A stretch of 64,000 nt of DNA, taken from NCBI GenBank assembly GCA_001244265.2, contig CDLV01000010.1, forward strand, positions 744,001 through 808,000. Direction: 5' to 3'. Of the stretch, positions 26,817-38,434 are shown one piece after another. The notes beneath the pieces were generated by a model. It saw only the letters and a program-made list of their open reading frames with translations, made no database searches and had not been told where the DNA came from. Made by a program: the position numbers and the translations under genes. The number at the start of each line of letters is the position of its first letter. Positions within the stretch are counted from its first letter, which is position 1. Source of the stretch: Microbotryum violaceum. Lineage: Eukaryota.

Positions 26817-28922
26817 TCACCACCCGTCCCAAACTCCCTGCCCACCTCCCTTCCGAACAACCCCAAACCCCTTCTCCCATTCGGCCCTTTTCCTCCTCTC
26901 CTCCTCCTTGGGCCCAAATTGGTTATGAAGTCCAATATATCGCGATCTGTAATCGTCGTGATTAATATAAGCGCCGCAGAGCCTTCGTTCGCCGACGAAG
27001 GAGGATCGGCCGTGCAAGACGCGGTGGTTGTCAAAGACTATTCGGAGAAAAAGAGGGAAGGAGGTGCGAGAGCGGTCAGCGAAAACATTCATGTAAAAAT
27101 CCAGAAGGTGGTCGGTCGTCAATAAAAGGCTTCACTCAACTAATGGCCGTGCCCATCTCCATCTTCGTCCACAACTGACTCTTCTCACTCCTCAGTATCC
27201 CTTCCCAAGCTCTCAGCGCTTCGAACCATCGCTCCATCTTGCCCCCAGCCCAGCCCTGTCCTCCGACGACTCCTCGATCATCACCATTCCAACGAACTTG
27301 AATCAATTCACCGTTCAAAGGGTCATGGTTGAACACCGGTTTAAGCACCAGAGGTGTTAGATGGACGCCTGAGGGGATCGAATCTGAGCCTGTTCCCGAG
27401 GCGTGGGAGGGAAGGAGGACGGTCGAGAGGAAGTCGTAGTGCTCAGGATGAGATGTGCGTAGGGTTTGAGCGGCTTGGAATCCGTCGACGAGGAGATTGT
27501 GGCCACCTTTGTGGGAGGTGGAGGGGGAGAGGAGGTGGAACATTTGTAGACCGCAGGGCTGGAGTGGAACAGAGGTTTTAGCTCGAGTCTACGTCAGGGA
27601 GGGCTAGGTATGAGCTCACGTCGGTGAAATAGGTGGTATCCGTATGACTGTTGAGTACCACGTTCGAATACGCCAGATCCCCATGTTTTAGATCGGCAGT
27701 GAAATCCCAAAAGCCTGGTGTGTAGGGAAAGCAAGACTTTGGCCGTCAGGGGTGGTTTATGACAGCTCAAGCGAGGTACGAACCACCATAGTGTGTATCG
27801 CGGATGAAGGCTATCCGTCGAAGCAACGCCTCGGTCGCTTCGGGGGTAGGTGGGATCCCTCGAACGAACGAGAAGCCGAACTGATGCTGTGAGTCACAGG
27901 CTCGTTCAAGATCCGGGGATATTCCATGCGACAGACCTCGAAGATGCATGACTCACGATCCTCTTAACCCATTCGTATACACCCCGTTCGGACCCCATGA
28001 CTTGATCGTATTCGACCATCGGCGGATCGTGGGCGATTTCCGAGGTCCAAAGAATCTTGCTGAGCAGGAGAATGGGTTCCCCCACATGAAAGGCAAGAAG
28101 GTCTTAGCACACAAAGTCAACGGTTCCGAGCAAATGGATGTGAACCTACTCATTGGGTGGTATCCGATCGTCTAGAGCAGGCTCGTAAGAGTGCTCGAGC
28201 AGGAAGGCCCATGGAAAGAATGAGGTATACGCCGAAGAAGAGGAAGAGGGATCGGCCGGCCCTGTCGATTGAGCAACAAGATGTCAGTTTCTTGCGGCTA
28301 TAGAAAGGGTATGATACGGGGGCCGATTCACGGACATGAGAAAGAGAGTCCATCCGCACTTGCTTCGACATTTTGCGGCGTCAAATCGTGAAGGATCTGG
28401 GATAGACACCGCCCGCAAGCGTAGGATGGTAATTGAGCACCACATGTCCACGAGCGAGCGAGTACGAGCACTGACGGTGGGTGTATCGACCAAGCGTTGC
28501 TTCGTAGCTGGGTGGTATGATCGCACATCTCGACAGTGGTCTCGTAGCCAGAGATAATGACTGTAGTCCGGATGGCAGAGGGAGCGAGCGGGAAGCGGAA
28601 ACGTGAGTCAAGTCTCGGCGCTGCGGACTACGAGTGCTGTGACGGACAACTTGGTTTGTTTGCCATTCGTAAAGGTGACGGTCACCGCTCGTGGTGTTTG
28701 AGCATCCTCTCTGACGGTGGGGTGAGCGCGCAAGGTGCTGGCCGTTGCATTTGCATTGCCCGTCGCGAACGATCGTCGTGTTGGTCTTGGCACGACGGCG
28801 ACGTCAGCGACACCGCGGAGCGCTGCGGCTGAGCGGCCGTGACTGATGCCAGGCATAGGTGCGCCCGTCGGGATCGAACGTAGCCAAGAACGCGAACAGT
28901 GCGATACCGCTCGGCGGTGCAT
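26817..28922 (-). CDS. Trimethyllysine dioxygenase (Fe/2OG, carnitine biosynthesis)
   Basis: N-terminal RDHCR...TKQRL, then IRDTHYG, HTDTTYFTD (HxD), LLVDGF and FDNHRVLHGRS...RRLCGAY. Mitochondrial-like presequence. Confidence 0.85.
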
Positions 28923-29230
28923 CTTGGTGAACCGGAATACGTCGTGCCCGGTCAGAAGGAAGAGAGGCCGCGCCAAGATTCGCCGAGCAAGGGTTCCCTC
29001 AGTAGTAACGACACTATAAGTCTCTCCCCGGAGCTTTCCCCAAGTGCGCCAACCCGCATGGTGACCCCCCGTAGCCAGCTTGTAATTTCTTTGCAGTCAG
29101 ACAAGAGAATCACGGCCGACGTCTAGCATCCGATACGGGTCAATCACCCCCACCCCCAGTCCCAGGCCCCACCCTCCCTCTTCGAATCGTACTACATGAG
29201 AGAACCGTTCTCCATCCTTTGCCGAGCTCT

Positions 29231-30213
29231 CTAATGGTGACCGTGGCCGTGGTCCTCGACGCCTTGGAAGTCGACCTTGTACGCTGTAGGCAGAGAGGAA
29301 ATGTCGAGCATCAGTACCGCGGCTCGGATCGCAGCACTACCCGATTCTCCACAAGCCGACTGACCGCATCCGCACTCGGGGCATCGTACGGGCTTTTCCT
29401 TGTTGATAGTGAAGAGGATCGTGTCGTGCGAATCGACGGGGAAACCTACCGTACGGCGGGGTGGGGTGCGTCAGTTGCCGCCTCCCGTCCAACTCATTCC
29501 AGCTCCTCAAGCAACTGACCAGTGCAGCCAACGATACGAGTGTTGTCCTGTGATTCCCCAACCAAGAGTTTGATCGTCAGCACGCCACCCCTCCCGAGTA
29601 AGCCCAGCTGGGGCGAATCGAAATGCAGCCTCTTCCGCATGCCGCTTCCCCCGGTCTACGACCACCGCGAACTTTCTCCCCTCGCCCCCCCTCCGACAAC
29701 AGCATGAACAGCCACTCACCAAAGAAAAGACCGTGATGGGGTCCTGGAGGGTACCGAGACGGGTGACCTCGAGCGGGTCGAGCGAGAAGGCCTCCTCGCC
29801 GTTGAGCTTCATCAACAGTTCGAATCGCTCGAGACCGGTCGCCTGTTCGAGATCGGTCGGCACCTGACCGGGTTTACCTCCGGGGCCCTGGGGAGGGGAG
29901 GTGCGAGCGGAATGAGTCAGCAGCTGTGCGATTCGTGGTGATGGTCGCTCGTGCTCCGTCGCATGTCGCTCGTCGCTCGTTGTCGTCTCGCTCGCTCGGG
30001 CAAAGACGCGCGCGCGCCGGATCGACGGGGCCGCCGGGCGGGGCGCCAACTTGACGAGCTACTACAATCTACATCGCACCAGTGACTGACCTGGATGATG
30101 GGCACGGCGTCGGAATGACGGCGCATCGAGGTCAAGAAGGATCGTGTGGCCATTCGGGGCGCGGCAACAACGGCCGCTCGGGCGACGGGTGATCGGACGG
30201 CGAGGCGGAACAT
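29231..30213 (-). CDS. COX4: Cytochrome c oxidase subunit 4 (COX5B family)
   Basis: Presequence, then GPGGKPGQVPTDLEQATGLERFEL, RIVGCTG, FPVDSHD and RCPECGC zinc site. Stop at 29231. Confidence 0.93.
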
Positions 30214-30497
30214 GCTCGTGCAGTTGGGCGGCTTCGTGCGGCTGCGTGGGCTGGTCGGGGAGAGGGAGTGCGTAGAGTGAGAGGAGGACCGGATGGGATG
30301 CGGAGCAAGCCGACGACGGGTCAGCGGGCCAGAGCACTGCCAGCGCGAGCCCGGCCAGGAATAGGCCAGGATAGTATGCGGTAGTATTCATCAATTATGA
30401 ATGGTCATTAGCTACGCAATATCGTCGCACACATGCTTTCAAATGCATCTCGCATTTCAAAAGCGGTAATAACGACTACCAGAAAGCTCGCATCACA

Positions 30498-33462
30498 CTA
30501 CTCTCGCTGATAATGAACCAACTTCTTCACCTCGTCCCGGACTTTGTCATCCGGGTGAGACCGGTACAACTCCGCCTCCCACCAACATGTCCCTTCGGGC
30601 TCGGCACGTTCCGGTTCATCGACGGCCCCCTTCCATTTGCCATCGACGCGACGATCGCCCGTCTCCAACATCGCTTCCAGCTTGGGTTCGCGAATCAACA
30701 GAGACCGCAAAAACGTTAACGCGCGCAATTGAGACGCTGAAGGCCAGTGCAACGATGCCGACAACAGTCGCTTCGAAAAGGCCAAAGTGCGCATCGGCGA
30801 AGGCAACGATCTCGGCGTGAGGAAGATCGCCGCCAACGCTCGGAACAAGAGATCGGCCTCGGTCTGCGCTAGCTTGGCCGTGATCCGGTTCGTCGTCGTG
30901 ATGCTGTTACGACCGAGGTACGACGTCTCCTCGAACGTCGGCGAGAGCGACAAGGGGAGGATCAATGCGTACAGCGCCGAGACGAAATCACCGAGATCGA
31001 TCATCAACGCTTCGCCTTGGCCTTGGAGCAACTCGAACGCGGTGACGATGCACAGCAACTTCTCGCGCATGTCATTGCGGCGGATCGTCGCCTCGGTTCG
31101 CTCCTCGACATCGCCTCCATCCTCTTCGTCGTCCTCGTCCGCTTTGGCGACGATCGACTCGGCACCGAGGATGCCACCGCGCTTGACGATGCCCTTGAGC
31201 ACCTCGAGCAAATCCCGGAAGAAGTCAATGTTGATGAGATGGGCGAACCTCGCCAACCCTTCGAGCGCTGCGGGCAAGAGCGGACTTCGGTAATCAAGTT
31301 TGACGATGCGGAAATAGAGAGCAAACAGGAGCTTGAGTGTCTCCGTCTGGTTGCGCTGGCGTTCCTGCTGGTCGATCTCGCCCTCGGCTTCCCTCATCTC
31401 GGCGTCGATCTTGGCCCTCTCTTTGCGCACCTCGCGCGCCTTCTTGCTCCCCTTCTTGTCCATTGCGGCTTTGGCCTTCCCTCCCTTACGCCCCTTGTGC
31501 GATTTCTCCTTGTTCCACTTGACGACACCCTTGCGGCCTTCCCTTTGCCGGAACACGGCCTCGGTCGAAGCTCGCACGCGACCTCCACCCAACTCATCCT
31601 TCAAGCGCAAGTTGAGCAAAGCCGAAATGACTTCTGGTCGAACGGCAAAAGACCTCGCTCGTACAAGGCGGGAGATGAGTCGAACGAGATGCAACGAGTT
31701 GGAAGCCGTCGTCGTCGTGTCGTGGATGAACAAATGGACAACGGCCTCGAGGCACGTTTGTTGTCCTTCGTCCCATCCCTTTCGCCCGAGTCGTTTGATG
31801 ATTACGTCCATGATGTTGACGCTGTAGTTGAAGTCCGGCTTCTCCCGCACCAAAGTGCACAGGCAATGGATCGCGACGGGGGAGAGGGGCGAGTCCTTAG
31901 CTGAGACTTCGGCCTCGCAAAACTCGAGGAAACGCTTGTACACGGCAACGAGCCCGTCTTCCCACTCGCGTTGACGAGCAACCATTTGGGAGACCTTGAC
32001 TTCCTTTTCGGCCGCGGTCAAAGCACGAATCCGGTAGCCGGGCACAACGTCGACAAAGACGGCGAGCAAGCTGATCATGGCCATGACTCGGATTTCGCGG
32101 TCGACGAGGATCGGCCGTTCACCCGCACTGCGGGCCGACGACGACGAGGAGAATTTGGGACCCGTCAATGAGAGCAATCGCTTGAGCAAGTTGAGCTGTT
32201 TGAAGATCGACGAAAACAATCAGTGCGGTGCACGGTCGATAGATCAGATCTTGCACCACTCACCCCTCCTTCTCCTTCTCCCGTACCACTGGCTTCTCTT
32301 CCCAGATCAGCAATCTCCTCCCTCGCCTTGGCTATCCGAGCCTTCTTGTCCTTGATCTCCAGCAACTGTCGAACGGCAGGTCGCCCAAAGCGCTGGCCCA
32401 AAGGATCACTACGGTACTCGGGCTCTGATCGCCTCGGCTCAGGATCCTCCTCGTCCTCCGTTTCGTCGGCTCTGGCACCTTCAAGCGTCTCCTTGGAACG
32501 AATGACTTTGCCGTTCTGGACGATGGGGAGTTTGGTCGGGAGTTCCTTGGGCGGTTTGGGTGCTTTGGGTCGTCGTTCCCATACGGCTTCCAGGTCGTCT
32601 TCCGGTTGGGTCGGTTTGACTTTTTTCCGAGGTAACGGAATGGCGTCGACGTTGTCTTCGTCGCTGTCGTAGTGCTCTTCCTCCGAGACATCACTGGCGT
32701 CTCCTTCGTCCTCTTCATCCTCCTGGTCGTCCTCATCCTCGTCCTCGGATCCCGAGACTTCAACCTGCCCATCGTCGGCGATTCCACCCCTTTCAGTCGC
32801 ATCCTCGTCGTCGTCGTCGTCGTCGTCGTCATCTGCACTCCACAAATCCTCATCATCCTCATCATCCAAATCACTCATCTCACTCATCGTACTGATGGTT
32901 CCTTCATCCAACTCGCTCATGAGGCTCAAATCGTCATCATCGTCGCCACTGCCGAAAGCCAGATCGTCTTCCTCCAAATCATCAATCAACTCCCCCTCGG
33001 GATGCTCCTTGGCACTCCTCGGTACTCCCTCCTGATCGAGGTCCTGTTCTTCCAAAGGTGGCAATTCGCCCTTGAGTCGTTTGAGGCGGTTCTCCTTCTT
33101 GCGTAAAGCTTTGAGCTCGGATTTGGTCGGCCCGGCTTCGGGGATTTCGATGCCGTCCAAGAGACGGGTTCGGGCAGGCGCCGAGGCTGGTTGGGCTTGT
33201 TGTAAGGCTGGTTTTTGTTTACGGAAGGCTTCCTTGATGGCTGGTCGAGAACTGCGGAGGAAAAAGAGAGTTGAAAATTTGCTGTTGGCTGCTGAAAGCG
33301 AGGACCGGGTGGAGAGAGCGGAACACTGACATGGCTATCCCCTTCTTGTCCAATTTGACCAAGAACTTTCCCCCTTGTTCATCGACGTCCTGATCGACCA
33401 ACATGCCCATATCTTGCTCACTCTCATTCCCGCCTGATTGACTTGACCCGTCTTCCGCCTCG

Positions 33463-33494
<32 letters not shown>

Positions 33495-33803
33495 GTTGTC
33501 CTGACCATCATCCTTGCTCTCCCTCGTACTCTGCTTCTGCCCCACAATCTCAATAAACCTCAAAGGGCCTTTCCCCTTCTGGTCCTTCCCCCTCCCCTTC
33601 TCCTCAAACCAATTCTTCCGGTCACTAGGGAACGCGGATCCGTTCTTGTTCGGTGCGAGCGAGTCGACTTTGGCCGAAGAGGACGAGGAGGTGGACTTGC
33701 GCTTGGGGGTGGTCCCCGAAGTACCGGCTTTGTGACGCTTGGATCGCGCGGTCGTCTTGAAGTTGGAGACGCGCTTCTTACCTCCTGAACCTGCGGCGGC
33801 CAT
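30498..33803 (-). CDS. NOC3: Nucleolar complex protein 3 (NOC3p + CBF domain)
   Basis: Acidic N-terminal tracts, KLPIV, AVFVDVVPGYRIR, NQTETLKLLFALYFRI and LEGLARFAHLINIDFFRDLL. Confidence 0.9.
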
Positions 33804-34225
33804 GGATGCCAAAAGGGGGAGCTTTGGGGCGTAACCGTGGACGGTAGACGATCGCCAGGAAGCAGCGGAGGACAAGCGAGATGAGAGTGATCGACGACGA
33901 GCCAGAGCCGGCTGCGAAGTGCGATCAGACTTGGGCGCGCGCGCGTTCGGACCGCTTCCCAGAGTTGGGTTTGCGGAGCTTCAAGAGTCTCGGTCATCGT
34001 TTCAGATGGCTTTCCCTTGTACACCTCACCGCTTTTTTTCGAATCGACCTCAGTTTTTGAGGCTCGAATAGGTCTGAGCAAACCCCCCTCTCGTATACCA
34101 GAAGATTCGCCCTACTCTCAGCTCGTGCCGGTCCGTTATCGTGCCACTCGAAACGGCTCTCCCTCGCACCTCCACCTCCACCTCCCTTCCCCGCCTACCC
34201 TCACGCCTCGTCCTCGACCTGCACC

Positions 34226-35139
34226 ATGGCCAAGAACAAGACCAAGTCCAACGCCTCCACCTCCACCTCCGTAACTGCCTCCACCTCGACTAGACAAGAC
34301 AAGAAACGAACCCAAGCCACCGCCGCGTTCGAGATCGACGACATCTTCGCGACCAAGAAACCCAAGCCGGCCGAGTCAATTTCAAACCAGGGTCCCATGA
34401 ACAAGATGGGGAAAGGAAAGGCCAAAGCCGTGCAACAAGCACCCGTAAACAACGCGGAGGAGGATTCACATTCGGACGAGGGTGAGGATGCTTCCGACGA
34501 CCCAACTGACGATTCTTCCACCGAGTTCGATCCTGAACAAGAGGATGAAGCCGAGATCGAAGACGACTACCAAAATGACCACAACGGGAAGAATAGCTCC
34601 CAAAGACCTCAACCCCAAACACTCGACTCCATATCCGCGGCCATCTTGGCGAACAAGAATACCAAAACACCCACCGTCGGTTCGGGCCGAGTTGTGGAGA
34701 CGGTCGTAGATCCATCTTCGGCGATTGAGAGGTATCGACCACCGCCGATGGGTGGGGTCGCACACAAGTTGGATGAGGAAGAGTTGAAGTTTAGGGATTC
34801 GAGAGGCGATACGAGTAAGTCCTTCTCTTTTGATTTATTCGGGAAGCACATGCTTGGGAGTGCTGAACTCCTTTTTGGACGAGCAGGAAAACGGACCGAA
34901 GAGGGGTATCCGATCTACGATACCAAAGAACTCAAGATCGGTTTGGGAGGAGGTAAGCACTGCTTCATCACACTTTCCTATGGTTACGAATTTGAAATTC
35001 GCTTCTGGTAGTGTTCAGGTACCCCGGATTGCCCCTTTGATTGCCAATGTTGTACGTCGCGCAGCCTTCCGCGCAAAGAGTCGAAACATCTTACTGACTT
35101 TTTTGCCTCGCTCCCCGCATCCACTCTTCAGGTTTCTGA
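34226..35139 (+). CDS. DUF1764-family protein
   Basis: EIDDIFA, FRDSRG, KRTEEGYPIY and spliced C-terminus GGTPDCPFDCQCCF. Confidence 0.85.
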
Positions 35140-35259
35140 TGCAAGATAAGGATGTTAGCCCTTCATTTCAAGCAAGGCCATTATGTGGCTACCTAAGCGA
35201 GAGCACATATAAGCAAGTAAAACCAACTACTATCCGCAGCCCGGAGACCTAAAGGGGCA

Positions 35260-37280
35260 TTAGGGATCCGCATTCCTCAGCTCAGGCGCTGTGATGGAGT
35301 TATATGACGACATCATCAGTATTCCGGATATGTTCGCCTGCGGTGCTCTGAGTTATGACATACGCAAGTAAGGCACACCGAGCACTTTGAAGACGTCCTC
35401 CTCCGTCGCGGCTCTGATCACCTCCCCCGTCAGACGAGAATGTATCCCACCCGAATCGAATTTTAGATTCCTGAGAGAGGCAAGAGGGGGTCGGTCAGTC
35501 CAATCACTTGGAAAGGGCATTGAGAGATCCCGACGGACTTTTTTTTGGCCTGCAGTCGTAAATCGCGTTCAAATTGGGTCGAACCTACATGGGAATGATG
35601 AGCCCAGTGGTCAAAAAAAAAAACGTCCATGATGACTTATCCTTCTCTCCAGTGTGCAACCCCCGCACTCACCCGTCCACCCCACCACCGCCGCCCCCCA
35701 CTGCGGCCATCTCGCCACGACCAAGTCGACCCTTCTCCAATGATCTCTCTTCCTCGTAGTACCATTCGCTGGGTGACGAAAGATGATTAAGGCTTTGTCC
35801 AAAGAATCAAAGGAAGAGGCCGGTCGGTTGGAGGTTATGGTTCTTTCTGTGGCAGGTGTGTGCAGGGACAGTACGCCGTCGTGGGGTATGAAACCTGAGG
35901 GAAGGAGGGATGGAGCATAAGAAGAGAGGTTTGGGAGATAGAGGTCTTGGGATAAAGATCGGACCCTTTACGCGTAGTCGCTCGACGAGCGTGGCTAGGA
36001 CACCACGTTCTTTACCGTCGTTCTCGGCGTAAGTGATGAGGATGTCGACGTCGTTCGAGAGCTCTTTGCCTCGGCGGTAGCTGTCGTCATCAAGACGAGG
36101 AATCGTCGTGACTAAGCGGGTGCGTCAGGATCATAGTAAAACGCGTTCGGGACTGACCCTCCACATAACAAGGTCGTCGCTCCCGGCTCGACCTTTTCGA
36201 TCTGGATTTTGATGAACTCATGAATCGACTCGACTTCATGCCGCGGCATTCTGTTCCGGATAGAAAGCTCGAATGGGTCAATACGACCGAGTTTTCGCTA
36301 AAGACTCAATCAAGAACGGACTTTTGTTGAATATTGTCATGCCATTGGAATTCCTTTTCCCATTGTTTTGAATCACGCATCTCTTGGAGAGACCGCAGTC
36401 CTTTGGTATAGAGGCTGTTCGCCATGACATGGCCTGCAAAATACGAGCGGAATGTTCAGAGCGTGTGATGGTGATGGCTTCCGGCGTCCGCTTCCACGAC
36501 TGACCAACTCCATGAACTGCCGACATGTCCTTCAAAGCCAGAGCTTTCGAGTTGTTTCCCGCTCGAACTGTGTTTTCCGGCAACAACAGCAAAGTCGGTT
36601 AATCCTCACCCAGGAACGACGAACTTCCTGAGATGAGGACACGGACTCACTTGCATCGTCGATCTCGCCCGTGCGGAGGTATTCTTCAATCTTGGTTACG
36701 ATTTTTTCGCCGACCTGGAGAGGAAGATAACAACGGTTCGATCAAGAGCGTCTTCACTCTCACAGTCAGGTTGAAAGACTGACTTTGGGCAAAGATCTGG
36801 CCTGCTCGGCCGTCCGGATCTTCCAAGGTGTGCCGATGATGACGCTGATAGCCGTGGCGTAAGAGATGGCTTTGGGATGAGCACCTGAAGAAACGAAGAC
36901 TTTGTGAGTATGGAACTATCTTGATGAAAAAGTTTGCTGGTTCAGTCCCCTCGCAAACGCGCGTCACCCCCTCTGCCTTACCCACCCCCCACCTCCCTCC
37001 CCCCCGCGTCAAACTCACTGCCGTAAAGCAAGAACCTCTCCTCCCGCAACGGCTTGAGCTTATCGACCAAATCCTGATTCACACAAGGGCGAGGCGACTT
37101 TCTGAAACAAGCCAAGATGTTGACGGGTGTTATAGCCGTGGAACCAGCGGGGTGATCATCCTGATCGAGTAGAGATGAGGAGGAAGAGGTGTGGCGACGC
37201 GAGAGTGGTGGCCGGTCTGAGTAGGCGTAGGATCGGGTCTTTCTTTGGGGCAGCGGTCTGGATGTCGAGGCTTTTGGCAT
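35260..37280 (-). CDS. POL4: DNA polymerase family X, Pol mu-like, with no BRCT domain
   Basis: Spliced reading: CVNQDLV, AISYATAISVI, LPK/VGEKIVTKIEEYLRTG (8-kDa HhH), VHGVG, CGG/YRRGK..NDVDIL, RRVDLV, GWTG/STQFER, TEEDVFKVLGVPYL/PPELRNA. Confidence 0.87.
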
Positions 37281-37450
37281 GCTGTAGACGCTGAGCTTCC
37301 CGCTCGGGTCCTCGGCGCCACGACGACTCCGCGAAGAAAACCGGGCTCAACAAGTGGGGCGCCCCACGTTGACTACTGAGGAAGCTTCCGACCGCGGGAA
37401 AAAAATGTTGATATGTCTCGGTACTACAACATCTTCGACTTGCGCGCTTT

Positions 37451-38215
37451 CTATACATGATGGTACCCCTGTCCCTTATACACCAGGCTTTTGTGAAACC
37501 TTCCTCCCTCTCCTTCGTTCGGCAATTCGACATGCACCACCTTGGCCAAAAACAATTGCGATCTCGGGGCCGAGTCCTCCTCTTCCGATGAATCGCGTCC
37601 TCGTCTCCCCTCCCCTTCCACCTCTTCCCCTTCGACATCCTCTTCCAACATCCTCAACGAAAGCGACTTGATCAACCGACATTCCAACGTCCCCAAACTC
37701 GCCCCTCGTAAGCTCTCAAACCACCGCGGCTCAAACTCGGCCGACGTCGCCACTCCTCCCTCCCTCCGTGTCCCTTGCTTTCCTTTTGATAAAGTTTCGT
37801 CAACAAGTAGAGGTTGCCCAGCGAATATCCTTGCGAGGTCTTCTTGCTGATGGGACAGGAGGTGGATTCGCATCGTCTTGCTCGGCCGCACGGTTCCATC
37901 TTTGCTCCGTGACGAGCTGCCGCCGTTCGAGTCCATCAGATAGGTCGCCAGCTTTGAGGGCAGTCTCAATGAGAATGCCACGATGGGTGGAGAGAGCGAG
38001 ATGGAGGATAGAGAGGATAGTGTCGCTCCATGGGTATCGACGTTCGGTCGTGTCGGATCAAGGGGGATCGTGACGACCGCGACGGGCTGGGCGACTGATC
38101 GCATCGCGTGACGAAGCGAGGTTGATGCATCTGAAAGTAGAGCTGAGGTGTTAGATACCGAGTAGGATCTTGTGATGGCTGAACAGAACCGACAGACAGT
38201 CACGGTGGGCCGCAT
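37451..38215 (-). CDS. Flavin reductase-like (FMN-binding split barrel) protein, single exon
   Basis: LRHAMRSVAQPVAVVT, HGATLSSLSSISLSPP, LARIFA, LECR and LVYKGQGY. Putative mitochondrial presequence. Confidence 0.8.
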   Translation of the reverse strand: MRPTVTVCRFCSAITRSYSVSNTSALLSDASTSLRHAMRSVAQPVAVVTIPLDPTRPNVDTHGATLSSLSSISLSPPIVAFSLRLPSKLATYLMDSNGGSSSRSKDGTVRPSKTMRIHLLSHQQEDLARIFAGQPLLVDETLSKGKQGTRREGGVATSAEFEPRWFESLRGASLGTLECRLIKSLSLRMLEEDVEGEEVEGEGRRGRDSSEEEDSAPRSQLFLAKVVHVELPNEGEGGRFHKSLVYKGQGYHHV

Positions 38216-38434
38216 TGTGAAGGCTGCACCGTGGACACGGGCTCAACTCCGGGCTGCGACTCGAAGGCACTCGAGAGACCGAAAAGGAACCGAACCGAGT
38301 CGAGTCCAATTTGTTTCGGTCAATGGTCGGCAGAGTCTGGCACCTTGTGATTGACTTTAGTAAAGTCGAACAAGAAAGTGTAATTTTCGATTACGGACAA
38401 GAAAAATGCACCGAGTTTGCATCACCAAATGTCT

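Noticed and set aside
32804..33500. (TCG)n tracts
   Set aside because: They encode poly-Asp runs in the acidic N-terminus of NOC3, which is ordinary.
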